From: Chiloscyllium plagiosum
Lineage: Eukaryota
Assembly: GCF_004010195.1 (NCBI RefSeq)
Contig: NC_057756.1
Coordinates: forward strand, 10,289,129 to 10,349,981
Direction of reading: 5' to 3'
DNA: 60,853 bases
Notes under the pieces: generated by a model
Told to the model about the DNA's origin: nothing
The model's input: the letters and a program-made list of their open reading frames with translations, nothing else
Databases searched by the model: none
Translations under genes and position numbers: made by a program
Shown here: piece after piece, positions 48,976 to 60,853 of the stretch
Layout of the letters: each line of letters starts with the position of its first letter
Position numbering within the stretch: the stretch's first letter is position 1

Positions 48976-49440
48976 TGTTTGAATTGATCAGGCCAATTCT
49001 CAGTTTCTGCTTCAGGCAACTTCCTGATGAACAGGGAACGCCCCCGGTTCACTGGAAAATGACGAAGTTTCATATTTCTCTTTTGAAGTTCTCCTGTCCA
49101 GGCAGTCTGAGTGCTGGTAAACTGTTTCCTGACACACCCCCACCACCAATGACTGGCAGAGAAAGGGGAGTCACTTTGAGGAGATTGACCTGCCAGCTCC
49201 CCACTAACACACACTGGGCGTAAGAGATAACACAATCCAACAGCCACAAATATTGCCACTTTATTACAGGAAACTGTGCCGTGACTAAGCGAAAGCGATT
49301 CACCACTTCGGATCGATTTGAATTCACGTCACACTGAGAGATTTCAAACAGCAAGGTTGAACGCCTCTTGTCAAAGTCTGAAGGTTCTGGGTAAAAATTC
49401 CAACTTGCCAGGACGGTTTACACCATAAGGTTCAAACACC

Positions 49441-52400
49441 GAGGGTCAGTACACAGGGAGTGCCGCACTGTCGGAGGGTCAGGGCCGACGGGGTGTCGCA
49501 TGTTGGAGGGTCAGTGCTGAGGGAGTGCCACATTGTCGGAGGGTCAGTACAGAGGGAGTGCTGGACTATCAGAGGGTCTATGCTGAGAGAGTGCTTCACT
49601 GTCGGAGGGTCAGTGCTGAGGGAGGGCTGCGCTGTCGGAGGGTCAGTGCTGAGGGAGGGCCGCACTGTCAGAGGGACAGTACTGAGGTAGTGCTGCACTG
49701 TCGGAGGGTCAGTGCTGAGGGAGTGCCCCACTGTCAGGGGGACAGGACAGAGGGAGTGCAGCACTGTCAGAGGGTCAGTACCGAGGGAGCGCCACACTGA
49801 CGGAGATTCAGTGCTGAGGGAGTTACACACTGTTGGAGGGTGAGTACTGAGGGAGTGCCGCACTGTCGGAGGGTCAGCGCTGAGATAGTGCCTGAACTGT
49901 CGGAGGGTCAGTACTGAGGGAGTGACGCACTGTCGGAGGGTCAGTGCTGAGGGAGTACCACACTGTCACAGGGTCAGTGCTGAGGGAGTGCCGCACTGTC
50001 AGCGGGTCAGTAAGTGAGGGAGTGCCGGAACTGTCAGAGGGTGAGTACTGAGGGAGTGCCAACTTGTCGGAGGGTCAGTACTGAGGGAGCGCTGCACTGT
50101 CGGAGGGTCAGTGCTGAGGGAGTGCCACACTGTTCAAGGGTCAGTACAGAGTGGTGGCCATTCGGTCAATGGGTCAGTACAGAGGGAGTTACGCACTGTC
50201 GGAGGGTCAGTGCTGAGGGAGTGTCGCACTGTCGGAGGGTCAGTGCTGAGGGAGTGCCTCACTGTTGGAGGGTCAGCGCTGAGGGAATGCCGGACTGTCG
50301 GATGGTCAGTACAGAGTGAGTGCCGAACTGTTGGAGGGTCAGTAGTGAGGGAGTGCCACACTGTCAGAGGGTCAATGCTGAGGGAGTGCCAACTTGTCGG
50401 AGGGTCAGTACAGAGGGAGTGCCGCACTGTCGGAGGGTCAGTGCTGTGGGAGTGCCGCACTGTCGGAGGGTCAGTGCTGAGGGAGATGCCAGACTGTCGG
50501 AGGGTCAGTGCTGAGGGTGATGCCAGACTGTCGGAGGGTTCGTACTGAGGGAGTGCCGGAATGTCAGAGAGTCAGAGCTGAGGGAGTGCCGGACTGTCAG
50601 AGGGTCAGCACTGCGGGAGTGCCACACTGTGGAAGGGTCAATGCTGAGGGAGAGTCAGTGCTGAGGGAGGCTGCACTATCAGAGGGTCAGTGCTGAGGGA
50701 GCGCCACACTGTGGAAGGGTCATTGCTGAGGGAGTGATGCACTGTCAGAGGGTCAGTAGTGAGGGAATGCTGCACTGTTGGAGGGTCAGTGCTGAGGGAG
50801 CATCGCACTGTCGGACGGTAAGTGCTGAGGGAGTGGGCACTGTGAGAGGGTCAGTGCTGAGGGAATGCTGCACTGTCGGAGGGTCAGTGCTGAGGGAGTT
50901 ACGCACTGTCAGAGGGTCAGTGCTGAGGGAACGCCGCACTGTAGGAGGGTCAGTACTGAGGGACCGCCGCACTGTCAGAGGGTCAGTAATGAGGACGCGC
51001 CGCACTGTGGAAGGGTCAGTGCTAAGGGAGTGATGCACTGTCGGAGGGTCAGTGCTGAGGGAGTGATGCACTGTCGGAGGGTCAGTGCTGAGGCAGTGCT
51101 GCACTGTCGGAGGGTCAGCACTGAGGGAGTGCCGCACTGTCGGAGGGTCATTGCTGAGGGAGTGCCGCACTATCCGAGGCTCAGTGCTGAGGGAGTGCCG
51201 CACTGTCGCAGGGTCAGTGCTGAGGGAGTGCCTCAGCGTTGTAGGGTCAGTGCTGAGGGAGTGATGCACTGTCGGAGGGTCATTGCTGAGGGAGCGCCGT
51301 ACTATCCGAGGCTCAGTGCTGAGGGAGTGCCGCACTGTCGCAGGGTCAGTGCTGAGGGAGTGCCGCACTGTCGGAGGGTCAGTGCTGAGGGAGTGCTGCA
51401 CTGTCATGGGTCAGTACTGAGGGAGTGCCGCACTGTGGAAGGGTCAGTGCTGAGGGAGTTACGCACTGTCGGAGGGTCAGTGCTGAGGGAGTGCTGGCCT
51501 GTCGGAGGGTCAGTGCTGAGGGAGCGCCGCAATGTTGTAGGGTCAGTGCTGAGGGAGTGGCACCCTGCTGGAGGGTCAATGCTGAGGGAGCCTGCACTGT
51601 CAGAGGGTTAGTGCTGGGGGAGCGCCGCACTGTCGGAGGGTGAGTGCAGAGGGAGTGCCGGACTGTCGGAGGGTGAGTACTGAGGGAGTGCTGCACTGTT
51701 GGAGGGTCAGTGCTGAGGGAGTGCCACACTGTCAGAGGGTCAGTGCTGAGGGAACGCCGCACTGTGGAAGGGTCAGTGCTGAGGGAGTGCCACACTGTCA
51801 GAGGGTCAGTGCTGAGGGAACGCCGGACTGTGGAAGGGTCAGTGCTAAGGGAGTGATTGACCCCCAGCACGGTGCCACTCCCTCAGCACTGACCCTACAA
51901 CACTGCGGGGCTCCCTCAGCACTGACCCATGACAGTGTGGCAGTCCCTCAGCACTGACCCTTCAACAGTCCGGCACTGTCGGAGGGTCAGTGCAGAGTGA
52001 GTTACGCACTGTCGGAGGGTCAGTGCTGAGGGAGTGCCACACTGTAGGAGGGTTAGGACAGAGGGAGTGCAGCACTGTCAGAGGGTCAGTGCTGAGGGAG
52101 TGCTGCACTGTCAGAGGGTCAGTACTGAGGGAGCACCGCACTTTGGAAGGGTTAGTGCTGAGGGAGTGATGCACTGTCGGAGGGTCAGTGCTGAGTGACT
52201 GCCGCACTGTCAGTGGGTCAGTGCTAAGTGAGTGATGCACTGTCGGAGGATCAGTGCTGAGTGACTGCTGCACTGTCAGTGGGTCAGTGCTAAGTGAGTG
52301 ATGCACTGTCGGAGGGTCAGTTCTGAGGGAGCGCCGCAGTGTTGTAGGGTCAGTGCTGAGGAAGTGATGCACTGTCGGAGGGTCAATGCAGATGGAGTGC

Positions 52401-53905
52401 AGCACTGTCAGAGGGTCAGTACTGAGGGAGCACCGCACTTTGGAAGGGTTAGTGCTGAGGGAGTGATGCACTGTCGGAGGGTCAGTGCTGAGTGACTGCC
52501 GCACTGTCAGTGGGTCAGTGCTAAGTGAGTGATGCACTGTCGGAGGATCAGTGCTGAGTGACTGCTGCACTGTCAGTGGGTCAGTGCTAAGTGAGTGATG
52601 CACTGTCGGAGGATCAGTGCTGAGTGACTGCTGCACTGTCAGTGGGTCAGTGCTAAGTGAGTGATGCACTGTCGGAGGATCAGTGCTGAGTGACTGCTGC
52701 ACTGTCAGTGGGTCAGTGCTAAGTGAGTGATGCACTGTCGGAGGATCAGTGCTGAGTGACTGCTGCACTGTCAGTGGGTCAGTGCTAAGTGAGTGATGCA
52801 CTGTCGGAGGATCAGTGCTGAGTGACTGCTGCACTGTCAGTGGGTCAGTGCTAAGTGAGTGATGCACTGTCGGAGGATCAGTGCTGAGTGACTGCTGCAC
52901 TGTCAGTGGGTCAGTGCTAAGTGAGTGATGCACTGTCGGAGGATCAGTGCTGAGTGACTGCTGCACTGTCAGTGGGTCAGTGCTAAGTGAGTGATGCACT
53001 GTCGGAGGATCAGTGCTGAGTGACTGCTGCACTGTCAGTGGGTCAGTGCTAAGTGAGTGATGCACTGTCGGAGGATCAGTGCTGAGTGACTGCTGCACTG
53101 TCAGTGGGTCAGTGCTAAGTGAGTGATGCACTGTCGGAGGGTCAGTTCTGAGGGAGCGCCGCAGTGTTGTAGGGTCAGTGCTGAGGAAGTGATGCACTGT
53201 CGGAGGGTCAGTGCTAAGTGAGTGATGCACTGTCGGAGGGTCAATGCAGATGGAGTGCAGCACTGTCAGAGGGTCAGTACTGAGGGAGTGCTGCACTGTT
53301 GAAGGGTCAGTACTGAGGAAGTGCCGCAGTATCCGAGGCTCAGTGCTGAGGGAGCACCGCACTGTCGGAGGGTTAATGCTGAGGGAGAGCTGCACCGTCA
53401 GAGGGTTAGTGCTGAGGGAGTGCCGCATTGTCGGAGGGTCAGTACTGAGGGAGTGCCACCATGCCAGAGGGTCAGTGCCGAGGGAGTGCCGCACTGTCAA
53501 AGGGTCGGTGCTGAGGGAGTGCCGCACTGTCAGAGGGTCCGTACTGAGGGGGCGCCGCACTGTCGGAGGGTCAGTAGTGAGGGAATTCTGCACTGTCAGA
53601 GGGTCAGTGCTGAGGGAGCCCTGCACTGTGGAAGGGTCAGTGCTGAGGGAGTGCCATACTGTCAGAGGGTCAGTGCTGAGGGAACGCCGGACTGTCGGCA
53701 GGTCAGTGCTGAGGGAGTGCTGCATTGTCGGAGGGTCAGTGCTGAGGGAGCCCTGCACTATGGAAGGGTCAGTGCTGGGGAGCACCACACTGTGGAAGGG
53801 TCAGTGTTAAGGGAGTGATGCACTGTCGGAGGGTTTAATGCAGAGTTACGCACTGTCAGAGGGTCAGTGCTGAGGGAGTGCCACACTGTCAGAGGGTCAG
53901 TACTT
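49441..53905. repeat. 33-bp satellite (gagggtcagtgctgagggagtgccgcactgtcg)n
   Basis: About 130 units; gives 11-aa periodic pseudo-ORFs (SLSTDPPTVRH); contains an inverted block and a 66-bp dimer tract. Confidence 0.95.
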
Positions 53906-55119
53906 AGTCGGCGCTCCCTATCATAAGGGCTGCCGGTTTGATAATGTGTGCAGATTGTGGCTCAGAAAGCATCCATTATCATTCATGTAGTCACCTTTTG
54001 TTTATGGCTACAGTACAAATTCTCTGAATTACTTTGCAGAGGGGCCTGTACTGGGGCAATCTTAGTGCATCAAACAGGAGGTTGCTTGCTGACCAGATAA
54101 TGCACAAAGTTTCCACTCTGCTTTGCCAGCATCAAACACCCTCTGCAATCAGAGGCAATATTTTCTTTCCTGTTCATTTGACCTCGGGCTCCTTCTTGAT
54201 TTCACCAGAAAGTCCCATTCTGTGTCAACCCCTCTCGTCATGTGCCTGCTACTGTCTCTTTGATCACCACTGGGTGTCAGCAAATAACTCTCATTGACTC
54301 TGTGGATCTCAAAGTGGGGCAAATCCTGAGCAGGCCACTTTCCAAACCCCTTTTGTCACCTCAGCGGTTAACCCATTCCTTTATGGCAACTTCGGGGCAC
54401 CTCGTGGCCTATCAGCCCATTAAGCCGGGTTGGCCTGTCCCTAGTGACTGGACACCTATCTCTACTACTCTTGAAAACCTTGATATCATGGATGTCCTTG
54501 CACTGATTGGTATCTGTCTGGAAGTTTCTTCATTAATTCTTCCAGAGTCCTCAGATTCCAATGATATTCCTCCTCATCTCAATCTTATGTTTCTTTTTAT
54601 AGAATCCTCAGTGTGGAAACAGGCCATTCAGTCGAATGAGTCCACACCTGCCTTCCGAAGAGTATCCCACCCAGACCTATCCCCCGGCTCTATTCCCGTA
54701 ACCTGGTATCTCTAGAGAATGCGAGCGCAGTTAACTCAACAAAAAAAAAACCCAACGACCTGCAAAATACTGGAAATCAGAAACACAAACAGGAATTGCT
54801 GGCAGAGCTCGACAGGTCTGGCGGCATCTGTGGAGAGAAAGCGGAGGTTACGTTTCAGGGCGAGTGACCCTCCCTCAGATCCTTTTCTGGGTACTTCAGT
54901 CTCTCAACGTCAAGCAATCTCACCATCCCAGGGATCAGGTTAGGGTTCCGAAGAAATTCACTAGACCTGAAACGTTAACTCTGCTTTCTCTCCACACATG
55001 GCTATGAACCTGCCAAGTTTATCCAGCAGTTTCTGTTTTTTATGTCCCCCATCTCTGGGATCGGCTTAGGGAAAGCTGTGTGCCAAAAATGTGCATCTTG
55101 CCTTCATTGCTCAGCCCTT

Positions 55120-56490
55120 TGAGTGTAGGAGTTGGGAACGTCACGTTGAGGTTGTACAGGACATTGGTGAGGCTCCTTCTGGAATACTGTTTTCAGTTCT
55201 GGTCACCCTGTTATAGGAAGGATATTATTAAACTGGAGAGGGTTCCGGAGAGATTTCTCAGGATGTTGCCGGGAATGAGAGGGTTTGAGTTATAAAGAAA
55301 GGCTGGGACGTTTTTCCCCAGAGCGTAGGAGGCTGAGAGACGACCTGATAGAAGTTTATAAAATAATGACAGGTATAGATAGAGTTGATGGTAGTTGTCT
55401 CTTCCCAAGGATGGGAATTTCAAGACTAGAGGGCACATTTTTAAGGTGAGAGGAGAGAGAGGGTTCCCTCAGATTACAACAGGATCGTTACTAGATGGGC
55501 CAATTGGCTGAGAAGTGGCAGATGGAGTTTAATTCAGATTAAATGCGATTTGGGAAAGCAAATATTAGCAGGACTTATACACTTAATGGTAAGGTCCGAG
55601 GGAGTGTTGCTGAACAAAGAGACCTTGGAGTGCAGGTTCATAGCTCCTTGAAAGTGGAGTCACAGGTACATAGGATAGTGAAGAAGGTGTTTGGTATGCT
55701 TACCTTTATTGGTCAGAGTATTGAGTACAGCAGTTGGGAGATCATGTTGTGGCTGTACAGGATATTGGTTAGGTCTCTGTTGGAATATTGTGTGCAATTT
55801 TGGTCTCCTTCCTATCGGAAAGATGTTGTGAAACGTGAAAGGGTTCAGAAAAGATTTACAAGGATGTTGCCAGAGTTGGAGGATTTGAGCTATAGGGAGA
55901 GGCTGAACAGGCTGGGGCTGTTTTCCCTGGAGCGTCGGAGGCTGAGGGGTGACCTTATAGAGATTTACAAAATTGAGGGGCATGGATAGGATAAATAGAC
56001 AAAGTCTTTTCCCTGGGGTGGGGGAGTCCAGAACTAGAGGGCATATGTTTATGGTGAGAGGGGAAAGATATAAAAGAGACCTAAGGGGCAACTTTTTCAT
56101 GCAGAGGGTGGTACGTGTATGGAATGAGCTGGCAGAGGAAGTGGTGGAGGCTGGTACAATTGTAACATTTAAGAGGCATTTGGATGGGTATACTCTGTGA
56201 TCTGCCTGTATTGCTCACAAGACAAAGCTTTTCACTGTGCCTCAGTACACGTGACAATAAATTCAATTCAATTCAATTCAATTTGAATTTTTTTACGCAG
56301 AGCGTGGTTTGCATGTGGAATGAATTTCCTGAGGAAGTGGTGGATGTGGGGACAATTAAAAAACACTTGGATAAGGAAATGAATAGGAAAGGATATGAAC
56401 CAGGAGCAGGCAGGCAACACTGGTTTAGTTTGGGATTAGGGTCAGCACGGACTGGTTGGACCGAAGGGTCTGTTACTGTGCTGTAGGACT
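55120..56490 (+). mobile_element. Nested CR1 LINE 3' fragments
   Basis: ORF 55543-55989 (RDLGVQVHSSLK...LEYCVQFWSP...RRRLRGDLIE) inside a second CR1 copy. Confidence 0.92.
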
Positions 56491-57050
56491 GTACAATAAG
56501 GAGACCAAAACTGTCTGCAGTATTTCAGGTGAGGTCTTATCAAGGCTGTATATAAAGACAGCCAGCCATCTTAATTTCTGTTCTTTTGTATTGATGACCA
56601 ATGTATCATTAACATTTCCTGGCTGCACCTACTAAGAACTCGCGCACACACCCCCTTGCCCACGTTCGGATTGATATTCAATCATTTGTATCACAGAACC
56701 AGGCCATTTGGCCCGTCTGTTCTGTGCCAGTACGTACGCTACACGTGAACCTCCTGCCCCCACTTCACCTCACTCCAGCACCTTAACCTCCTCTGTCTGT
56801 CCCCCTCATGTTTTTATCCAGTTTATCGTTAAATGTCCCTTTCTGATCCATTGCGCCCTCCGCCCTGTTATCATGCTCCCTACTCTCTGCAGACACCCCA
56901 ATGAATTCCCAGTCGGATGGGTTTATCACAACCTTTTTTTGATGGTCCCCAGGTCTGCTTTGGTGGATGCATTTACTTGTTACTGGGAAACAGGTTAGGA
57001 GCCGTCACACAAGATCAGCAGAAAGACTCATTTGTTTACGATCTTACAAA

Positions 57051-57069
57051 TTTATTGTCATAATTTATT
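57051..57069 (-). terminator. Paired polyadenylation signals, probably for gene C
   Basis: Two AATAAA hexamers on the minus strand (57069-57064 and 57056-57051), ~2 kb past the stop. Confidence 0.5.
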
Positions 57070-57178
57070 ACAGATCATCAGGCATTTGTAAACATTTCCA
57101 TTTACACCACTGAAGCCTATTCTCCTTTTCACTGGAGTGTGACTCTTTACAGTGGGATGTCGCACTGCAATCAGGCTG

Positions 57179-57212
<34 letters not shown>

Positions 57213-57676
57213 CACTTTAACCCCAAAGGTATCCCCTGAACTCAGCTGCCCTTTGCCTCCAGCACTCAGAGCCAACCTGCTCCTATTCATCTTCAAAGGG
57301 GCATCTCAGCATCATCGTACAGCTGTCTTAGGCCGGTGTTCCCTTTAGGTCGTTGCTGGTTCCTGGATGGCCTGTACAGTTGGAATCTACAGCTCAGGAT
57401 GTCAGTTTGAAACACGGAGTACAATATAATCTAGGGGTCTGGGGAGATATCACATAATGGGTCTCCCACCCATTAAAATACCCCACAAACACAGCTAGTG
57501 ACCCAGATCATCTCTGAGCTTCTGACACACATCCAAGTCCTTTCAGACTCGCACACCATCACTTCGCACAATTGCCACATTGGTCGAAAGAATTTTCCCA
57601 AAAGTGAAGGTAAATATGTAAAGGATCCCCCCTCCAGTACCACAACTTGAAATGCAGCTCCTTCATATCAATTTCA

Positions 57677-58005
57677 GTGGCTCAGTGGTTAGCACTGCTG
57701 CCTCACAGCGCAGGGACCCGGGTTCGATCCCACCCTGTGACTGTCTGTGTGGAGTTTGCACATTCTCCCCGTGTCTGCGTGGGTTTCCTCCGGGTGCTCC
57801 AGTTTCCTCCCGCAGTCCAAATGTGTGCAGGTTATGGTTGTTTGGCCATGTTAAATTATCCATGGGGTCCAAGGATGTGTAGGTTTGGTGCATCAGCTCA
57901 GGGAAATTCAGGAATACAGAGATGGTGTTGGATGGAATGCTCTTTGGAGGGTCAGTTTGAACTTGATGGGCCAAATGGCCTGTTTCCACACTGTAGGGGG
58001 TTCTA
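57677..58005 (+). mobile_element. HE1-type SINE (in the putative gene C 3' UTR)
   Basis: gtggctcagtggttagcactgctgcctcacagcgc head and conserved core. Confidence 0.8.
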
Positions 58006-58125
58006 AGACATGATGATCACTTGGAGGGTGGTGAAAAAAATGTTAGGCCAGTAATACAAAGACATACCAGCAGAGGACAATAGAGAGCAGTGTAATGAAT
58101 AACAGAGCGACAGAGGGAGATGGCA

Positions 58126-58722
58126 GAGGGAGGTGTAACTGGTTACTGAGATACGGGGGAGGGGTAACTAGTTACAGAGATACATAGGGAGGTGTAACTG
58201 GTTACTGCAACTGGTTACAGAGATACAGGGGGAGGTGTAACTAATTACATAGGGAGGGGTAACTAGTTACAGAGATACATAGGGAGGTGTAACTGGTTAC
58301 AGGGGTACATAGGGTGGGGTAACTAGTTACAGAGATACAGAGGTAGGTTTAACTGGTTACAAGGATACATAGGGAGATGTAACTGGTTACAGAGATACAG
58401 AGGGAGGTGTAACTGGTTACAAGGATACACAGGGAGAGGGGTAACTGGTTACTGAGATACAGGGGGAGGTGTAACTGGTTACTGAGATACAGAGGGAGGT
58501 GTAACTAATTACTGAGATACAGAGGGCCGGTGTAACTGGTTACTGAGATACAGAGGGCCGGTGTAATTGGTTACTGAGATACAGAGGGCCAGTGTAACTG
58601 GTTACAGAGATACAGATGGAGGTGTACCTAATTATTGAGATACAGAGGGATGTGTAACTGGTTACAGAGATACAGAGGGAGGGGTAACTGGTTCCAGAGA
58701 TACAGAGGGAGGGGTAACTTGT
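58126..58722. repeat. ~30-bp minisatellite (gtaactggttacagagatacagagggaggt)n
   Basis: About 19 degenerate copies between the gene C stop and its polyA signals. Confidence 0.9.
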
Positions 58723-59124
58723 TTCTGGATTATCTGTAACGGGTGCATGGGAAGAGCGGCACATTTAGATTTGTTTGGGGATTGATTCAGGCCTGTGGGA
58801 AGAGAGCAGGGCAGTGGGATTGGGTGAGATTGATCTTAAAAAATCTGTCACAGATACAATGACTGAATGGCCTCTTGCTCATGCTGGGATCAAACATTAC
58901 AGGAATACCACTGAGCAAATACCACAAGAGAATAGCTACTGTACAACCAGGGATGGGAGGGAATGGGCTGAGGAAGATCTCCCAGCAGGAGATTGAGGGG
59001 GGTCTGTAAATCTGTAGACGAGAAGGTTTGACCACAAAGAGCATGTTGGGAATGACTCTTCCTCTGAAGATGCCCCTCGTTCCACCCAGGGGCTCCTGCA
59101 GCCAACCGACGAGAGGGTGAAGAC

Positions 59125-59513
59125 TCAGAGCACCAGTCTGAGAAAGACCAGGAGGACAGCCATGATGAGGGGGCTGCTCAGTTGGGTTGGGTTTGCGGTG
59201 GACGTGGTGCTGGGGCCAGTGGTAGAGACATTGAGCAGGTTCGGACTAGAGTTGGGAACCGTCGAGGAGTCGTTGTGTTGGGTTGACGTCATGTTTATCG
59301 TGCTGGTAGGGAGAAGTGTGGAAGTATTGACTTGGATTGAGGTGGTGCTGGGAGTGGTGGTCAGAGTGAAATTCCGCGACTCGCGGTTGCACAGGGCGCC
59401 CTTACAGCAGTAGAAACCGAAGGTTGGGTCAAGTCCTATCACCCGGAGGTCACCAGGACTTCGACACAGGAAATCCGAAGCACAGCCCTTCATCACGAAA
59501 GTCGTTGAATTGG
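59125..59513 (-). CDS. Gene C terminal exon: C-half of LU domain 2, Thr/Ser mucin-like stalk and GPI-signal-like tail (upstream exons outside the window)
   Basis: ctcttcttccttccaaacag| phase-1 acceptor; NSTTFVMKGCASDFLCRSPGDLRVIGLDPTFGFYCCKGALCNR-stalk-SSPLIMAVLLVFLRLVL*. Clear paralog of gene A exon 5. Confidence 0.9.
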
Positions 59514-60699
59514 CTGTTTGGAAGGAAGAAGAGAGCATTTAGTTTGATATCTTTCCTTTTGTGTTGTATCCAGTTCAAAATTTGTGTTATCTATCACCAG
59601 ATCCCCTGCACAGTCCCACACCCTCTTACCCTCTGATCTCCCCCAGAAGGAGGCCATTCAGCCCCTCGGATCCTTGGAACAGATTAAGGCCAATCTGGAC
59701 CCTAACTCCACCCAACCATTTCCGAATGATCGCCCTTAACCTCCAGAAACCCATCAAGAAATGAAATGAGACGCATTTTCTGCTTGGAGACCTCGGGCCT
59801 GAATAATGAGTTCAATTCTTCCAGAACCTGAACGCTTTCTTCCCCACCCACTGCCCCACGCCCAACCCCACCCTCCAGGCCCTGTCATCACATGGGCTGT
59901 TTTAAGCACATCCAACCCATTTTCCCCTCCTTATGGTCCCCATTATCAGCCAATGGCTGGGAGTCAATTCCTGCCATTGGCTAAGGTTACCAGGAAGGAC
60001 GCTTTGCCAACCTCCTCCACCCCATTGCCTGAGGTGTGGTGACCCTCAGGTTAAAGTACTAACAGTCATCTCTCTCTCTCTCTCTCTGTCTAAACAGAAC
60101 GTTGAACTGGGGTGACTTTACCTTTATACTGGAGGCCCCTAGTTCTGTCTCCCCACACCCACACAAATGGAAACATCTTCACCACATTGACCTTACTGAA
60201 GACCAAGTCACAGTCTTAAAGACCTCAATCTTCCCATTTACAGAGTCATACAGCAAGGAAACAAATCCTTTGGTCCAGCCAGTCCATGCAACATAAACTA
60301 CTCCCAAAGGAGCCCTGTAAGTTCGCACTTCCCCGATAGCTGGAACATTTTTGTAAGTCTATTTCCTTTCGGAGAAGCTCCTCAGCAAGCGAACTGAGAA
60401 TGTGGATCTCACTCCCACAGAGAGAGTGAGCTGTACAGGTGTGTTTAAAGGAGGTTTTGGATAAAGACCAGAAACTCAACTGGACTCACCACATAAACAC
60501 AGCGGCTGCAAGAGCAGGTCAGAGGCTGGGACTCCTACAGCAAGTAACCCCAACTCCTGCCCCACCATTGACAAGGCACAAGGCAGGAGGGTGAGGGAAT
60601 ACTCCCCACTTGCCCTGGATGGGGGCAGCTCCAACAACACTCAACAAGCTCGACACCATCCAGGGACAAAGCAGTCCCCCACATCCACAAACATCCTCT

Positions 60700-60853
60700 C
60701 GCACCCCCACCGACGCTCAGTAACAGCAGTGTGTACCATCCCTCCCTCCCCCCACCGACGCTCAGTAGCAGCAGTGTGTACCATCCCCTCCCTCCCCCCA
60801 CCGACGCTCAGTAACAGCAGTGTACCATAACCTCCCTCCCCCACCGACGCTCA
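60700..60853. repeat. ~46-bp tandem repeat running off the window end
   Basis: cccccaccgacgctcagtaacagcagtgtgtaccatccctccct, at least three copies. Confidence 0.8.

Noticed and set aside
51962..53788. 608-aa ORF and neighbouring long ORFs with 11-aa periodicity, superficially mucin-like
   Set aside because: They arise from a stop-poor 33-bp satellite open in several frames on both strands, with no splice or start context.

Overview
Repeat-rich vertebrate genomic DNA with five assembly gaps. The CR1 LINE, HE1-type SINE, Penelope and minisatellite content points to a shark (inference; probably a carpet/bamboo shark). The window holds a minus-strand tandem cluster of three spliced Ly6/uPAR (LU, three-finger) genes of the two-domain PLA2-inhibitor-gamma/PINLYP/uPAR-like type, all with phase-1 introns. 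Gene C shows only its last exon (59513-59125: LU2 C-half, Thr/Ser stalk, GPI-type tail). Gene B spans 48975-28376: signal peptide, LU1, a gap, then a GPI-type tail; intron 1 carries a decayed ~9.5 kb endogenous retrovirus. Gene A spans 21598-11143/11123: signal peptide, two 10-Cys LU domains and a stalk, but no GPI signal. The most unusual observation lies downstream of gene A: a run of mutually homologous 12-24 nt phase-1 micro-exon candidates (7058 to 495) encoding Gly/Pro/Lys-rich peptides (VAKPP, DIQS, GGGKPS, GARIPPGL, GDELPPGL, AGKTGGK). Some are intact, some decayed, and they match an unused phase-1 donor at the end of gene A exon 5. Also notable: the ERV 3' LTR contains an ~88 bp inverted copy of its own env sequence, Penelope-borne minimal hammerhead ribozymes are present, and there are several large minisatellites. 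All gene models were read by eye from splice signals, with no transcript evidence; repeat boundaries are approximate.
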